Positions 1 through 12,689 of a stretch of DNA of 64,000 bases are shown in pieces. Position numbers and translations under genes: made by a program. The notes under the pieces were generated by a model, which did not search any database, was not told the origin of the DNA, and saw only the letters and a list, made by a program, of their open reading frames with translations. Position 1 is the first letter of the stretch. Each line of letters begins with the position of its first letter. The stretch covers positions 54,934,001 to 54,998,000 of the forward strand of contig CM052816.1 of NCBI GenBank assembly GCA_028534125.1, in the 5' to 3' direction. This DNA is from Lama glama. Lineage: Eukaryota.

Positions 1-689
1 ATTGGGGTAAAAGTCACCACACTTGCTTCAACTAGTTTTCAAATCTCAGTTCTGCCACACGAGAAGAGGTAGCAACATCACATCGCACATCGTGCAACAA
101 GGATGCAACTTTCAGAACTTACGGGGGAAAGCTAAGAAACAGAAAGAGATAGCCAGACTATGTGCATGACTTAAAAATACTTGCATGCAAGATGCGGTAC
201 ATTACCAGAAAACATGCAGGCCTAAATGATGTATTTAATACACACCTGAATGGATGCCTACGTGAGGGAGGGGAATAGGGAAAAAAGGAAGTAACTCTTA
301 GGGGCTCAGCACAAACCCGTGGCCACCACGTGACCAGCGAGACCACGTGTCATACCCCTGAGAAGTGGGACTGGCTCAACCTCTGCACCTGAGGTCAAGG
401 AGGGCCAATCACGGTTTGGAGATTTTGGAGTCAACTGCTACAATTTCAGGCTACTGGAATTTCCTCTCCAGGACATGTTCCACACTCCCGAACAGTGGAT
501 GCTTTATATGACAGCCGTTCTTTTTCATCCCAGGCTCTAATTTTCCTTCTATTTAAAACAAGATTAAAAGACCGCAGGAAATCGTCATTACTGAAAAATA
601 CTCAACCATGTTGCCAGTCGTGTCCACAATTTTGTCACACGATTACATAACAACTGTATAGTAATATGTGTGTATAATTATAAACTTAG

Positions 690-872
690 TAATATAACCA
701 TATGTAACTACTCCGAAATGACCCCTTATAGGCTACAAAAGAAACAAACAGCAAGAGTGGCTACATCTGGGGAGGGGAACCGGGTAAGAAGGAGACATAA
801 TTTTCACTGTGTATTCTCTTTTGGACCTTTTAAAATTTTGTATTATGTGTATGTATGAGCAAATAACACTTT
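690..872 (+). mobile_element. Old L1 (L1ME/L1MC-like) 3' UTR fragment
   Basis: 'agtggctacatctggggagggga...ttttcactgtgtattctcttttggaccttttaaaattttgtattatgtgtatgtat' resembles ancient L1 3' ends. Confidence 0.55.
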
Positions 873-1068
873 TAAAGCACCTTCTTAAGCAAGTACTCTC
901 CTGATACGTGTAATATTACAAAGTAAGCTTAAGGAGTAAAATGTTCCAATTACACCAGAACCAGCAAGAAGCCCACCTAGCTCTCCTCTCGAAGCTGCAC
1001 CCGGTTCCCAGACTAGAGACCTGGAGACCTTTCCTCCCAGATCCCGCTCACCGGCTGAACCAGCCGCA

Positions 1069-1087
1069 GCTCACCAGGTGGCAGCAC
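1069..1087 (+). promoter_or_regulatory. CTCF-binding motif
   Basis: gctcaccAGGTGGCAGCac is a close match to the CTCF core CCASYAGRKGGCRS. Confidence 0.5.
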
Positions 1088-2559
1088 TCGCTGCGGTGCC
1101 CGCTGTCTGCCTGGATTCTATATGCAGGTTAATAATTAATGAGAGCCCTGCCACCCGGGGTATCTTCCCAGGACCAACGGCAGGCAGCCGGGGACTGCAG
1201 TTTCTGTCAAACTGTCCCCACCCTCGAGTCTCTCTACATTTCTTGCATCCGAGAAGTATAGATGCCCCTGTGATCCAAAGGCAGGAGTCCCTGGGGGCTT
1301 CAGAATCCTTCGCCAATGAGGCATGTCAAAAAGCTGTCTTTTCTTAGAAGTCAGTTTCTTTACCGTCTGCTAGCTTCTGAGTCAGAGCAGCAGCTCCCTG
1401 GGGCAGAGCGGACTTCGAAGCAGGACGTGGGAGGAGGGGCGGCCAGGCCAGCACTGCCTTGGACCCGCTAGAAGCAGTTCCTGTGGGACCCACCCCCACA
1501 GCATGTTCGGGATCTGGGCACCCTAAGTGCCATCCATAGTGAAAGCCTTTGAGATGGGTAAGAATTTTCAGACAGATAATTAAGTACCATTTCGCTTGTC
1601 TAACAATTTTGTCATTGGTCTGCATTGAAACTGACAACTGAAATAGAGAAGACTTTTTTTTTTCTGTGGGGAACCCTTACAGAGAGGGGAAATGTACGTC
1701 CACACGAATAACAAGCAGTCTTGTCCTACCCACCTTGGGGAAATAGGAGAGCTTTTAAGGGCAAAGGGCAAGAAGAAGCCAGAAAACAAATTTCTGTGTA
1801 GTAAGAAAATCAGAATTCAAATTCTATAGCTGAATACGATGTCCAGGTAGAAAAAAGTAGACAGGCAGGAAAAGAGTGATGGACACAAAGCGAAAATGAT
1901 GAAAAGCAGGAGACACACACACCACGGGTTCCCCTTCTGATAGGAAGCGCAAACCATTGGGACTAACAGTGAACAAAAAGGTTTCCAGCTTCGTTGCCCA
2001 AAATAATGAGAGAACGTCAGGGAAGGAACTTAGAGAATGGAGGCTGGGAGACAGGTCAGCCTAAAGCACCCAGACACATCATCACATTCTTCTTCTACCG
2101 CCACCAGCAAGTTCACGTAAAAGGTTCACCTCCAATGAAGTCATCAGCGACCACACGGAGAGACAGGCTGAAAACCACAAGGAGAATCACGCGAAGGTTT
2201 TAGGGAACAGGAGCTGGTTATAAGAGAACACTGTTACACCCTGGCGTTCTTAGGTTTCAGGAAACGTGGCTTGACGGACAGTATAGCCAGCTCTGTGCAA
2301 TAACAAATCATGCAGCGAGGGCGTTCTGGGGCCGGCCTGGGTTTCACAATGCCTCCATTTCATGCTGCAAGGCAGCCTCACCTAGCACCTCCTAGTACTG
2401 ATTATCTGTGAGACACAGGATCTGAAGCCGACTGGTTACCACCTTTACAATCTAATATCTATAGACACTGCTTAACTGTATTTTCAGACCATGGACATAA
2501 ACTATGTTTATGTCTTCAGCCATAACTCCAGCATATCACAGAATATTAAATGGATGGGA

Positions 2560-2582
2560 ACACACACACACACACACACACA
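2560..2582. repeat. (CA)n microsatellite
   Basis: About 11 uninterrupted AC units. Confidence 0.95.
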
Positions 2583-2984
2583 GAAATATAAAGCAAGCCC
2601 CTGCATAGGTGTAAAGCAGGTTTCTTGATAGGATCCCTGGTGAGCAGGAACAAGTAGCAGGGACTCAGAATTAGGTGGCAACACTCGGAAGAAGAGTCAG
2701 TGTGCCTGATGCACATCTAGAAACACAATCTCAAACAGTCCCAGCTAAGAAGAAACTCTCAAATGTAAAGAGATGGTGAACCAGTCAGGACCAATCTATT
2801 GGCAGGACCTAACCTCACGGGGCTTGAGGCATCAAGGATAGGTAACAAGGAGATGGCAGAATTTATCTGGAGAGAAGGCATCAGTGGAGGTATTAAGTAG
2901 CTAGGTAGAGCAGAGGTATTAGCCACTTCTAATCACCTAAATTATTAACATAAATTGGAGTAAATCCAGACTAACTTTAGCCTC

Positions 2985-3484
2985 NNNNNNNNNNNNNNNN
3001 NNNNNNNNNNNNNNNNNNNNNNNNNNNNNNNNNNNNNNNNNNNNNNNNNNNNNNNNNNNNNNNNNNNNNNNNNNNNNNNNNNNNNNNNNNNNNNNNNNNN
3101 NNNNNNNNNNNNNNNNNNNNNNNNNNNNNNNNNNNNNNNNNNNNNNNNNNNNNNNNNNNNNNNNNNNNNNNNNNNNNNNNNNNNNNNNNNNNNNNNNNNN
3201 NNNNNNNNNNNNNNNNNNNNNNNNNNNNNNNNNNNNNNNNNNNNNNNNNNNNNNNNNNNNNNNNNNNNNNNNNNNNNNNNNNNNNNNNNNNNNNNNNNNN
3301 NNNNNNNNNNNNNNNNNNNNNNNNNNNNNNNNNNNNNNNNNNNNNNNNNNNNNNNNNNNNNNNNNNNNNNNNNNNNNNNNNNNNNNNNNNNNNNNNNNNN
3401 NNNNNNNNNNNNNNNNNNNNNNNNNNNNNNNNNNNNNNNNNNNNNNNNNNNNNNNNNNNNNNNNNNNNNNNNNNNNNNNNNNNN
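2985..3484. other. Assembly gap (500 N)
   Basis: Run of N. Confidence 1.
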
Positions 3485-4268
3485 TAGGAACAAGGATCTC
3501 CCTCCTTCCCCAAACCACCCCTCAGATCTCACAGCCTGGCTATGGCTCAGAGGAAGTGTTGTGACCATCAGAATCTTGCTGCTTTTCAAGGATCTTCCCC
3601 AGGGCCATTGTGTACGGTTATACAGGTGGCGCGCTGTGCAAAGGATCCTGGCTCGGGGACCAGCCTGTGTTCCACTGACCAGACCATGAGTCTGGAGGAG
3701 GGGACGCCTTTTCATTCTCACACAGGCACTCGAGGCTATTGGTGGCCCTGATCTTCCCTAACCTCAAGCTGGAAGGTCTTCCCTTCTAGCTCCCTATTTC
3801 TGTGCCTTATACACCCTCTCTTCTCACTGATCCCAGACTGAAACCACAGCATCCCTTTCTGTTCTCATTCCAATCAACAATGAGCACCCTTCACCTCTGT
3901 GCTTCTGCCTCACTCCAGCTCTCCTCTCCACTCCCACTGCCACTTACCCTAGTCAGGTCCTTTGACCTCTGGTCTGGACTCTGACCTCTGACCTAGTGCT
4001 CCATACCTCCAGCACCCAACCCCTAGATGATCCAGTTTCCATGCCGGTGCCAGATTAATGTTCTCCAATCGAGGCTCACCATTTCACTCACACACCTCCA
4101 GTGGTGTCTCTTTTCTCTCTTGTATGTGTTGAATAAAAGAATGTAGAAGTAGCTTACTCACCCTCATTGTCAGCTTCTACTATTCAAAGTGAGAATGTCA
4201 GTTTATTTCAATTGTCCCATTGTTGGGTGCATGTGAAGCAGCAGCTGCGATTCAAACAGTCTCTCCAG

Positions 4269-4371
4269 GGGGCTGGGGGATATAGCTTAGTGGCAGATGC
4301 AGGCTTAGCCTGCATGAGTCCTAGGTTCAATCCCCAGTACCTCCAGTAACAAAAATAAAAAATAAAAAATG
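4269..4371 (+). mobile_element. Camelid tRNA-derived SINE (vic-1 type) with TSD
   Basis: A-box 'tagcttagtgg', B-box 'ggttcaatccc', body 'cccagtacctcc' and an A-rich tail. TSD aaacagtctctc(c/t)ag at 4254-4268 and 4372-4386. Confidence 0.9.
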
Positions 4372-4494
4372 AAACAGTCTCTCTAGCGGAACACACCCTA
4401 ATATATTCAAGTTACTAGCAAGGAGTCAGAAGATTGAAACTGAAGAAAACTTGAAGAACCTTGAACTTCCTATCCCCATAACTAGCTAAATGGT

Positions 4495-4733
4495 GTATGT
4501 CTTAGTGTCTTAGTTTCAGAGGCTGGGAAGTCCAAAACCAGAGCACAGCATGGTCAGGTGAGTTGGCACACAGCTGGCACCTTCTTGCTGTGTCCCCACA
4601 TGGCAGAAGGGGCTAGGGAGCTCTGTGGGGTCTCTTGTGGAACAACACTAATCCCCCATGCATAAGGGTCTCCTAACAGCATCACCTCGGGCAGCAGGAT
4701 TACAACATATGAATTTGGGGAGGACACCCTAGC
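4495..4733. mobile_element. MaLR LTR fragment (MLT1A/B-like)
   Basis: Diagnostic blocks 'ggctgggaagtccaa', 'ttcttgctgtgtccccacatggcagaaggg' and 'caacatatgaatttggggaggacac'. Confidence 0.8.
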
Positions 4734-7631
4734 AATGTCCCCAGAGACCCCTACAGCACCTTCTTCAAGTGAGATATACTGAAGTCCATGACTCAAATCC
4801 TCCACCAGTACCAGTAAGTTTGAACCTGGTTCTGCAGGAGAGGATGCATGGGAAGAAAATCCCAGGCACTAGATGGTAGTTATTTCCACAAGGAGAACAT
4901 AATTTAAAGATACAGCTGAGCAGGATTTCCCCCTTACTCTCAGAATTACAGCCAAGGTCCCACAGCTGAGGACAATGGGGTGAAGTACCCCACTTAGAAA
5001 GCCATGAACACTCTGTACATTGCCCTTGTTACCAAGAGGTCACAGGACCAGTCCTTCTAGCTGACATGGCCCTTCCCTCCACCCAGCCCCCAGGGGAAGG
5101 GAGAATAACTGATGAGGAGGGCACTTTCAATGGCAGGTTACTAACCTCGACAAGTTAGGAGGATGGGCGGGGTTCTAAGAGAATCTCTAGGAGAGACTGA
5201 AGTCCCTGCAAGAAAAAGAAATAGGCACCCTGTTCCTTATCTGGCTGCTTGTGGAGTTGCCAAAGAACCCACAGGCTCACCCTGGGCTGGCGCTGCAGCA
5301 GCATGGAGACATTAGAGAGTGGGCAGAACTTGGCATCCACAACCTGGACTAGGGGGGACGCCCACAAACACAAAGACTGGCACTCATTCCTGAGCCAGAG
5401 ATCAGGAAGATGGGAGGACCACTGGAGGAGCTCCATGCAAGCACAGCTTAAAGGGATCCAGGTACTGCACACCAGGAAGGAAGATGGGGCTCCTCCCACT
5501 CCATTCCGTTCTTTAAGACACCTGAACAAGCGGGTGGTGACCCTCATAGTTTGCATAGTTTCTTCTGAAGGAGTGTTGAGGTTGGCAGGACAGCAGCCTT
5601 AGGGCTGCCAGGCAGCTGCTGGGCCAGCCAGCAGGACACTTGACTCCAAGGAAGAGCTGGGAGGATGAACGGGGCATAAGCACGTAGCAATGACAAACGG
5701 GTGAATGAAACCAGATCCTGTGCCGAGGAGGCTGGGGTGAAGCTAAGCGCAGCCCAGGAGAGCCACACACCTATCCACACAGAGACTCCTCACCCCAGAA
5801 TGAACCAGAGGGACACACCTTCTCCACAACCGAGTACAACTACTAGACCCTTGCTCCCTGTTTCCTGCCACACAGGGAAGAGCTGGAGCTCTGAAGAGAG
5901 CAGAGAGCTTAAATCGGGCAGGCGATGTGGAGGCTTAGAAAGACTAAGAGTTATAGAATAAACCCAGTATCTCATCCAGAGGCTAGAATGGGGGATGTGA
6001 CAGAGTCGAGTAATAAGCAGTGCCTGGAAAAAATTAGTCATTTCATGCTGTTAGCCTCAATGAATTGAGAGCGAAGCTCCTTAAGGCACCAGCCATACTA
6101 ACAGTAGGGTTAAATACATACAAATTACAAGCTGTCCCTAAATGAATTGTGCGTAGTTGAAAACCAGTACGGTAGGATTGCACTCTAACTGGAGGCAGGC
6201 AGGCGTCAGCCACGGGATCCTCCTTGTCATTCTCCGGGTGATGGGCTTTGGCTAAAGGCCTCTGCCGATCCCTGCTGCCCCGGAAAGAGAAGGGCTTGGA
6301 CTGGCACTCAAACCTTACCCCTTCCTCCCAGGTGCTGTACCAGGTGAATTCTCGTGTATGCAACAACCACTATGCAACAGGCAACAAGCCCTGCCAGGTA
6401 GTGGTGGGACGCCCATATTACAAGTTACTTCACTCGAGTGTTACGTCCACGGTCTAGGTGATGGGACCAGGATTCAAACTAAGCGTGATGCTAAAAAGAC
6501 TCAGGCTGGTCCTGCCCCGCTACACCAAAGCGCAAAGGTGCATGAAATGAACTGGGAGGAGAGCTGCAAATGTCCAACCGCAGCAGCTCACCAGCAGTTC
6601 AAACATGCAAACATTTTAATTCACAGTTTCAAATCTATAAAATCTGATGTTGTGACAGCTTATTACACATATAAACACGAAGTCAGTATGTCCACCTCCT
6701 TCCCTATTAAGTCCCACAAAGGAACACTAGTGCTGAACAAAGTGCAGTCTGACCTTTAGTAGAAAGACAAAAGCACTATTGAAAAAAAAAAAAAAACCTA
6801 GTTCTGAACAGAATACACCAGAACTCTCAAACTTGCCAAGCTGCCTGCACTTTGGAATTTTGCAGTGTTTAATGTCAACTGTCCAGAACTGGCCTTGTGG
6901 GTCTCTCTGAGAGAATACATTAATACCATCATTAATACCCAGCTCTACAGGTAGCATTTTAGATCCTCAAAAGTCCTTGGAAACCCACTGTACTGTACAC
7001 TACTCAGGAAAGGCCTTTATTAACCTTTGAAAAGCATTAACCAGAGGACTTATCTGAACCAAATTATCTCAGTGTCCAATCTCCTTGCTGGTTGAATCAC
7101 TATGCAAATATCAGGGCTCTGAGTCACTAAAAATTGCCGAAAGGAACTTGGTTTAGTCCGTACAATATCTTTTTCCTAGAAATGTAGGCTATCTTTTAAA
7201 GGTGTTGTCAAACTTTGCCCTCCAGATAAGTCCAGTACCCAGCCCACCAAGTCAACTTAACACAAATAAAAATGGCGGCATCCAATTTCAGAATATCTCA
7301 AATTATCAAATTCCACAGCCAGTATTCCTCCCTCTGTGTTATTAGCAGATAAAACTCATAAGTATGCATTATGCTTTCAGTTTTCATAGTTAAAAAAACT
7401 CTAGTAAAATTTTGATACTTCTAATGAAAAGCTTAGCTAGTTTTCAGAACCATTTTCTAGATGTACATAACAAATGGAGAAGGATCCTAATGTTTCAAAT
7501 CGACATGAAAAGCTGTGTCACATCAATTCCTAACATTAAAAGGTTTAAAAAAATGTTTAAATCCACAATTTGACAGGAAACTTTTTGCCCAAACCAGTGG
7601 TCCTCAAAACTATTCAGGAGAAGGCTAGTTA

Positions 7632-8338
7632 GGAAAATAGTATAAAGATTCCTTAAAAAACTGAAAATGATCCACCAATCCCACTCCTGGGCATATATCC
7701 AGAGGACACACTAATTTGAAAAGATACATGCACCCCAATGTTCATAGTAGCACTATTTACAATAGTCAAGACATTGAAGCAACCTAACTGTCCACTCATA
7801 GATGACTGGATAAAGAAATTGTGGTATATATACACAATGGAATACTACTCAGCCATAAAGAAGAATAAAATAATGCCGTATGTGGCAACATGGATGAACC
7901 TGGAGATCGTCATTCTATATGATGTTAGCCAAAAAGAGAAAGAAAAATACCATATGACATCACTTATATGTGGAATCCAAAAAAAAAAAAGACACAAACT
8001 TATCTATAAAACAGAGACACACTCACAGATATAGAAAACAAACTTACAGTTACCAGTGAGGAAAGGGAGTGGGGAGGGATAAATTGGGAGTTCAGGATTT
8101 GCAGATATTAACTACTATATATAAAATAGACAAATAGCAAGGGTCTGCTGTATTGCACAGGGAAATATAGTCAATACCTTGTAATGGCCTATAATGAAAA
8201 AGAATGTATGTGTATATATGTGTACATATATATAAATATATATATATATGAATCACAATGCTTTACACCAGAAATTAACACAACATTGTAAATCAACTAT
8301 ACTTAAATTTAAAAAAAGTTAAAAAAAAAAGAAAGAGA
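7632..8338 (+). mobile_element. 5'-truncated L1 (ORF2 C-terminus + 3' UTR + A-tail)
   Basis: ORF 7738-8034 (MFIVALFTIVKT...WIKKLWYIYTMEYYSAIKKN) is an L1 ORF2 C-terminal remnant, followed by an A-tail. Degenerate TSD gagaaggctagtta (7618-7631) / gagaacgccagtta (8339-8352). Confidence 0.92.
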
Positions 8339-8594
8339 GAGAACGCCAGTTAAATGGGTACTATTTATCATCCATTTGTCTTCCAACCCTCTCTGCAATT
8401 TATCAGTCACAACTAGCTAGGTCGGCGAGGGCTGTGAGCCACACAAGCCTGCCACTGTGCCTGTACCACAGGAGTCCCCAGACTCCTCTGAAACAGGCAG
8501 AGAGGAGCGTCCTGGGCACTGACTCCAGCCATACTACCTCACAGACCCAAGGTAGTCAAAAGGCAAGGACCCCACATTCTGTTTAATCCTCAGC

Positions 8595-8668
8595 TGTCAC
8601 CAATTTCAAATTCTTCATTTCTGAACAAAGGGTCCATGTGATCATTCTGCAGTGGGCCCTGATCCTGC
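8595..8668. mobile_element. hAT-Tip100 MITE fragment (MER91-like)
   Basis: 'aaattcttcatttctgaacaaagggtccatgtgatcattctgcagtgggccc' resembles MER91 consensus. Confidence 0.5.
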
Positions 8669-8723
8669 ACAGATCTGATTTTTTATTTTAAATGGTACTG
8701 AGGTTTGAACAATAAAAAGTCTT

Positions 8724-8951
8724 TATCTGTCCTTTATGATTGGAGTACCGCATTCTGTTGATTCTTATTTTGTAGTTGGCTTTATTCCTTTGACAACTAT
8801 GTAAGTTTAAAAAAGCTAAAGATCTAATCTGTTCTTAGAAGCAAAAACTAGTACACATATGTAAACTAAAAAAAAGGTGCAGTATACTGTATATACGTAT
8901 TTAAATGCAATATAATGTGTATGTAGAGTCAAACTGTAATAAAAAAAAGTA
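8724..8951 (+). mobile_element. A-tailed retroposed segment of unknown origin (copy A)
   Basis: Flanked by aataaaaa(a)gtctt at 8711-8723 and 8952-8965, with an A-rich 3' end. 8761-8940 is roughly 80% identical (by eye) to 55515-55693. Confidence 0.65.
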
Positions 8952-9099
8952 AATAAAAAAGTCTTATTTTCTATCATATTTGTAGCTTACAGGGCTTTTA
9001 TTCTACTTTAAAAAAACAAAGATGCCAATATTTTTATACTTCCGAATCCAATAAAAGATCAAGTATCCTTCGCCTGGATCACTGCAAAAGGTTCCTCAA

Positions 9100-9410
9100 T
9101 GATTTCTTTCTGGGTCCATTCTTGCCTACCACTCCTCTGTCTCCACGGCCAAAACTCTCATCTAGGACAAGCCTAATCTTGTCTTGTCCTTAAGTGGTAT
9201 CCACTCTCTAGAGCACCAGGCCCAGAGCCTTCCCGTGGCCACACAGCTCTGAGCTCCAGGCTGACTCCTTGGCCTCACCCTGTTCTATGCCTCCTGCATC
9301 CCTGTCTCACAGGCTTTCTTTCAGCTTCCAGCATGTCCCAGCCTCCATTCCTTCTCATAACCTTTGCACCTGCCGTCCTCTTTGCCCTAGAGACAAATAT
9401 TCCAATCTCT
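9100..9410. mobile_element. L2 LINE fragment
   Basis: Pyrimidine-rich, with L2-typical 'cctttgcacctgccgtcctctttgccctag'. Confidence 0.55.
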
Positions 9411-9779
9411 CTCTGTCCAAGGATTTAGATAAAATCAGGTAAAAATTCTGGATTCAAGCCAACAATCATTGGCTTTGATATTGTGAAAGAAACACAAGAG
9501 GAGTTTACAAAGGCTTAGAGTTCTTAGTAAATACATTTTTCACTCACAGTGTGCTTTGGGCCACTTTCTTAATGCTGAGGACAATGAACCTCAATCTCAC
9601 TATGAAACCCGGGACAATCATGGGGAGATCTAGGGAAGATCAGTTTTAAAGTTCTTCCTATCAGGTTAATCGTGCCTTAAAGGCATCTTTATGATCTCCT
9701 CTGGCCTCTTAAACACAATGTTCACAAACACCTTGGAAGGGTTTTGCGAAAACAAACTACAAAGTATTAATGGGACATC

Positions 9780-10778
9780 ATCAAAGAAGACATACAGATA
9801 GCAAATAAACATATGAAAAGATGCTCCACACACGTCATCAAGGAAATGCTAGTTAAACCAATAGCAAGTACCATTGCACAGGTATTAGAATGGCCAAGCC
9901 AACTGCAAAGACGTGGAGCAATAGGAACTCACATTCTTTCTTGGTGGGAATGCAAAATGGTACAGCCTCTCTGGGAGACAGTTTGGTGGTTTCTTACAAA
10001 ACTAAACACATTCTTACCATGTAGTCAGCAAGTGCGCCCCCTTGGTCTGTACCCAAAGGAGCTGAAAACTTATGCCCACACAAAAGCCTATACACAGATA
10101 TTTACAGCAGTTTTGTTCATAATTGCCCAAACTTGGAAGCAACCAAGATATCTTTCAGGAGGTCAACGGATAAATAGTCTGTGGTACATCCAGACAATGG
10201 AATATTATTCAGTGCTAAAAAGACATGACTCTCAAGTCATGGAGAAGACATAGAGGAAACTTAACCTCACAGTGCAAAGTGAAAGGAAGCCAACCTGAAA
10301 GGGCTACCTACTGCATATTTCCCACTATATGATATTCTGGGAAAGGCAAAACTATGGAGACAGTAAAAAGATTGGTGGTTGCCAAGGGGGTGGAGGTGGC
10401 AGTGAGGGGTGTCATGAAGAGGTGGAGCACAGAGGCGTTTTAAAGCTGTGAAACTACCCTGCATGACACTCTGATACGAGTGCCCAGGACTCATATAACA
10501 ATGGACACATGTCATTATATACTCGTCCAAACCCATATCATGTGCAACACCAAGCATGAATTATAGTGTAAACTTTAGACTTTGGGTGATCACGATGAGT
10601 CACTGTAGGCTCACAAACTGTCACAAATGTACCATGCTGGGAGGAGGGTGTTGATAATGGGGCAGGCTGTGCATGTGCGGGAGCAGGGGGTACACGGGAA
10701 GTCTCTGCCTTCTGCTCAGTTTTGCTGTCCATCACAAACTGCTCTAAAAAAATAAAGCCTTAATTTTAAAAAAAAAAG
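9780..10778 (+). mobile_element. L1MB/L1MC-like 3' fragment
   Basis: ORF 9813-10253 (WWECKMVQPLWETVWWFLTKLN...LWYIQTMEYYS) is an L1 ORF2 C-terminal remnant, followed by a 3' UTR ending 'ctctaaaaaaataaagcc' and an A-run. Confidence 0.9.
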
Positions 10779-11249
10779 TATTAACGGGGATGAATTAAGG
10801 GCTCATCTGGAAAAAGAATATCTAATACACATTCTTTGAAGAAATTTTAACTATTAGAGCTGATAAAAGATTCCTACAACAAGTGTTTAAGTAAAAATTT
10901 CCCTTGCTGGAAAGAGACAGACAGTTACGAATAAGTTGCTACAACAGTTTTCTCAGGAGCTTTAAACGTCCGAACACTCTCAGATTTTAGTTCTGCCTTT
11001 ATTTAAATGCTCTGACAGTACACTAATCACAAGATCTTGGGTGTCCATTGCTACAAAGAGCTTTTCCAGAAGAGCAGCATCTTCTAGACAGAGAAGTCAC
11101 CTAATCCTGACTTTCAGAATGTTTAGCAAGAACCTGTGTTTCTCCTCCACCCCTTTCAACTTTAACTGGTTCTCTGAATACTGTTAATTCCAGTGGCCAC
11201 AGAATGTGCTGCTAGCTTTTCACAACAGTGTTGAGGGAAGTGTCTCTCC

Positions 11250-11810
11250 GTTTGAGGAAAAAAGAAAATTAAGTTAGAGTCTTACTGTTCACAAAAATAT
11301 TCCAGATGGATTAAGGTCCTAAACGTTAAAAAATTTCAACTATGAAAGCATTAGGAGAAGATATAGGGGACTATGTTTACAACCTCGGAGAAGGTAGGGC
11401 TTCTTAAGCCAGACACAACAAAAAGTCTTACAGACGAAAATTACTCATGGTGCCTTTGATGTACTCCAATTTCCCAAAGTTAAAAGACAAGGCCAGGCTG
11501 AGAGAAAATGTTTGCCACAGAACAAAGGATTACTACTAAGAAAATAGAAAGAACTATCAATCAATTTTAAAAAGTCATGTTTTTCAATTGAGCCAAGGAT
11601 ACTAAGAAGCATTTCATAAAAAAGAAAGAGAAAAATGCCTAATAAACTTAAGAAGAGCTGCCTTTAGTAAAGAAAAAAATTAAAATAGTGAAACAGGTTT
11701 TTCCTTTAATAGATGGTGAAAAAATTTCAACATCAACGTGATGAAGTACTGGCAAGTGTGTGGCCTGTACCTGAGACCCTGTGGGTGAGCAATTTGACAG
11801 TCTACTATCA
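11250..11810 (+). mobile_element. Degraded L1 ORF2 fragment (L1M-type)
   Basis: 'ttccagatggattaaggtcctaaacgttaaa', 'ggagaaggtagggcttcttaagccagacacaa' and other L1 ORF2 3'-region motifs. Confidence 0.7.
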
Positions 11811-11899
11811 CACAGCCACTATGAGCCAATGACTGCCCTCGTTTCTAGGGAAGAGACAAATCCATGTAATTCGGACACTACACTGGAAGTTTGAACTAT

Positions 11900-12640
11900 A
11901 ACCCAAGACACTGAAAATATCAGATAGCAAAGTGAGTTATAAAATAGTCCATCCTGGAAAACGGGCCAAAGGGAAATAACAAAAAACCAGACTTGAGTCT
12001 CTCTCCCATAAAGGGACCCAGAGAAAGCTCTCAGGGAGGATTTCTTTGGAAAGACCTGCTGTGAGATCCCCACACAGCTCCCTCTCCCTATTAGGAGAAG
12101 GGTAGAAATATCACCTTCCAGCCTCACACGAAGCCTTTCAATGAGACCAGTTGGGGAGTTTCACAGGAGTCGTCCACAGTTAAGGAAGCACATGGATCTG
12201 GTGTCCGACTCCTACCCTGGAGACCGAGAACGTGCCAACCAAGGGGGCTGGGACCTGGGAGTGGAGGAGAGCGGTGTCTGCATCGGGCCTGGCCCATCCT
12301 CTCGGAGTCCGTTGGAGCAAAGAGTGTTAGACATTTCCATGGGCCAGGCATGGTCACAGGCAAGAAAGCCAGTTCAGGGCTTGTCTGGGTCCAGATCTCA
12401 AGGGCTGTCAAGGGGCAACATGACCTCAGGAGGCAGAACCGGTTGGTGGGCCACTAGGCTCCCAGGGGCAGAGAGGGAGTAAAGGATGGGGCCTTTGAAG
12501 AACACCCCATGAGAGAGTCAGCATGAACCCTCTACCAGGCTTAAGGAATGGAGGTCATCTCACCCCAACATCAGTCACATAGACGTTCCTGTCCCTTTCG
12601 CCATCTTCCCACCCCCATCCTCAGGAAAGCACAGCAAAAG
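11900..12640. mobile_element. Possible old LTR-like insertion interrupting the L1 remnant
   Basis: GC-richer block between two colinear L1-like pieces (11250-11810 and 12690-12938). Family not recognised. Confidence 0.25.
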
Positions 12641-12689
12641 AAAGATGCTGATCTGTGTTCTCCAAGATGCATTAAATTTTTTTAAAAAG

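Noticed and set aside
1588..1637. Good minus-strand acceptor (tcttctctatttcAG at 1638-1639)
   Set aside because: Only weak downstream donors (gtactt, gtaaag) and no recognisable peptide; insufficient support for an exon.
2937..3721. Longest ORFs in the track (193, 258 and 178 aa), and likewise 28673-29131
   Set aside because: They span N gaps, so their length is an artefact of X codons.
4269..4345. tRNA-like sequences with A/B boxes (five copies)
   Set aside because: They have SINE bodies, A-tails and TSDs, so they are retroposons rather than tRNA genes.
7738..10253. ORFs with real protein similarity (also 28647-28847 and 30514-31914)
   Set aside because: These are fragments of L1 ORF2 within truncated, decayed elements, not host genes.
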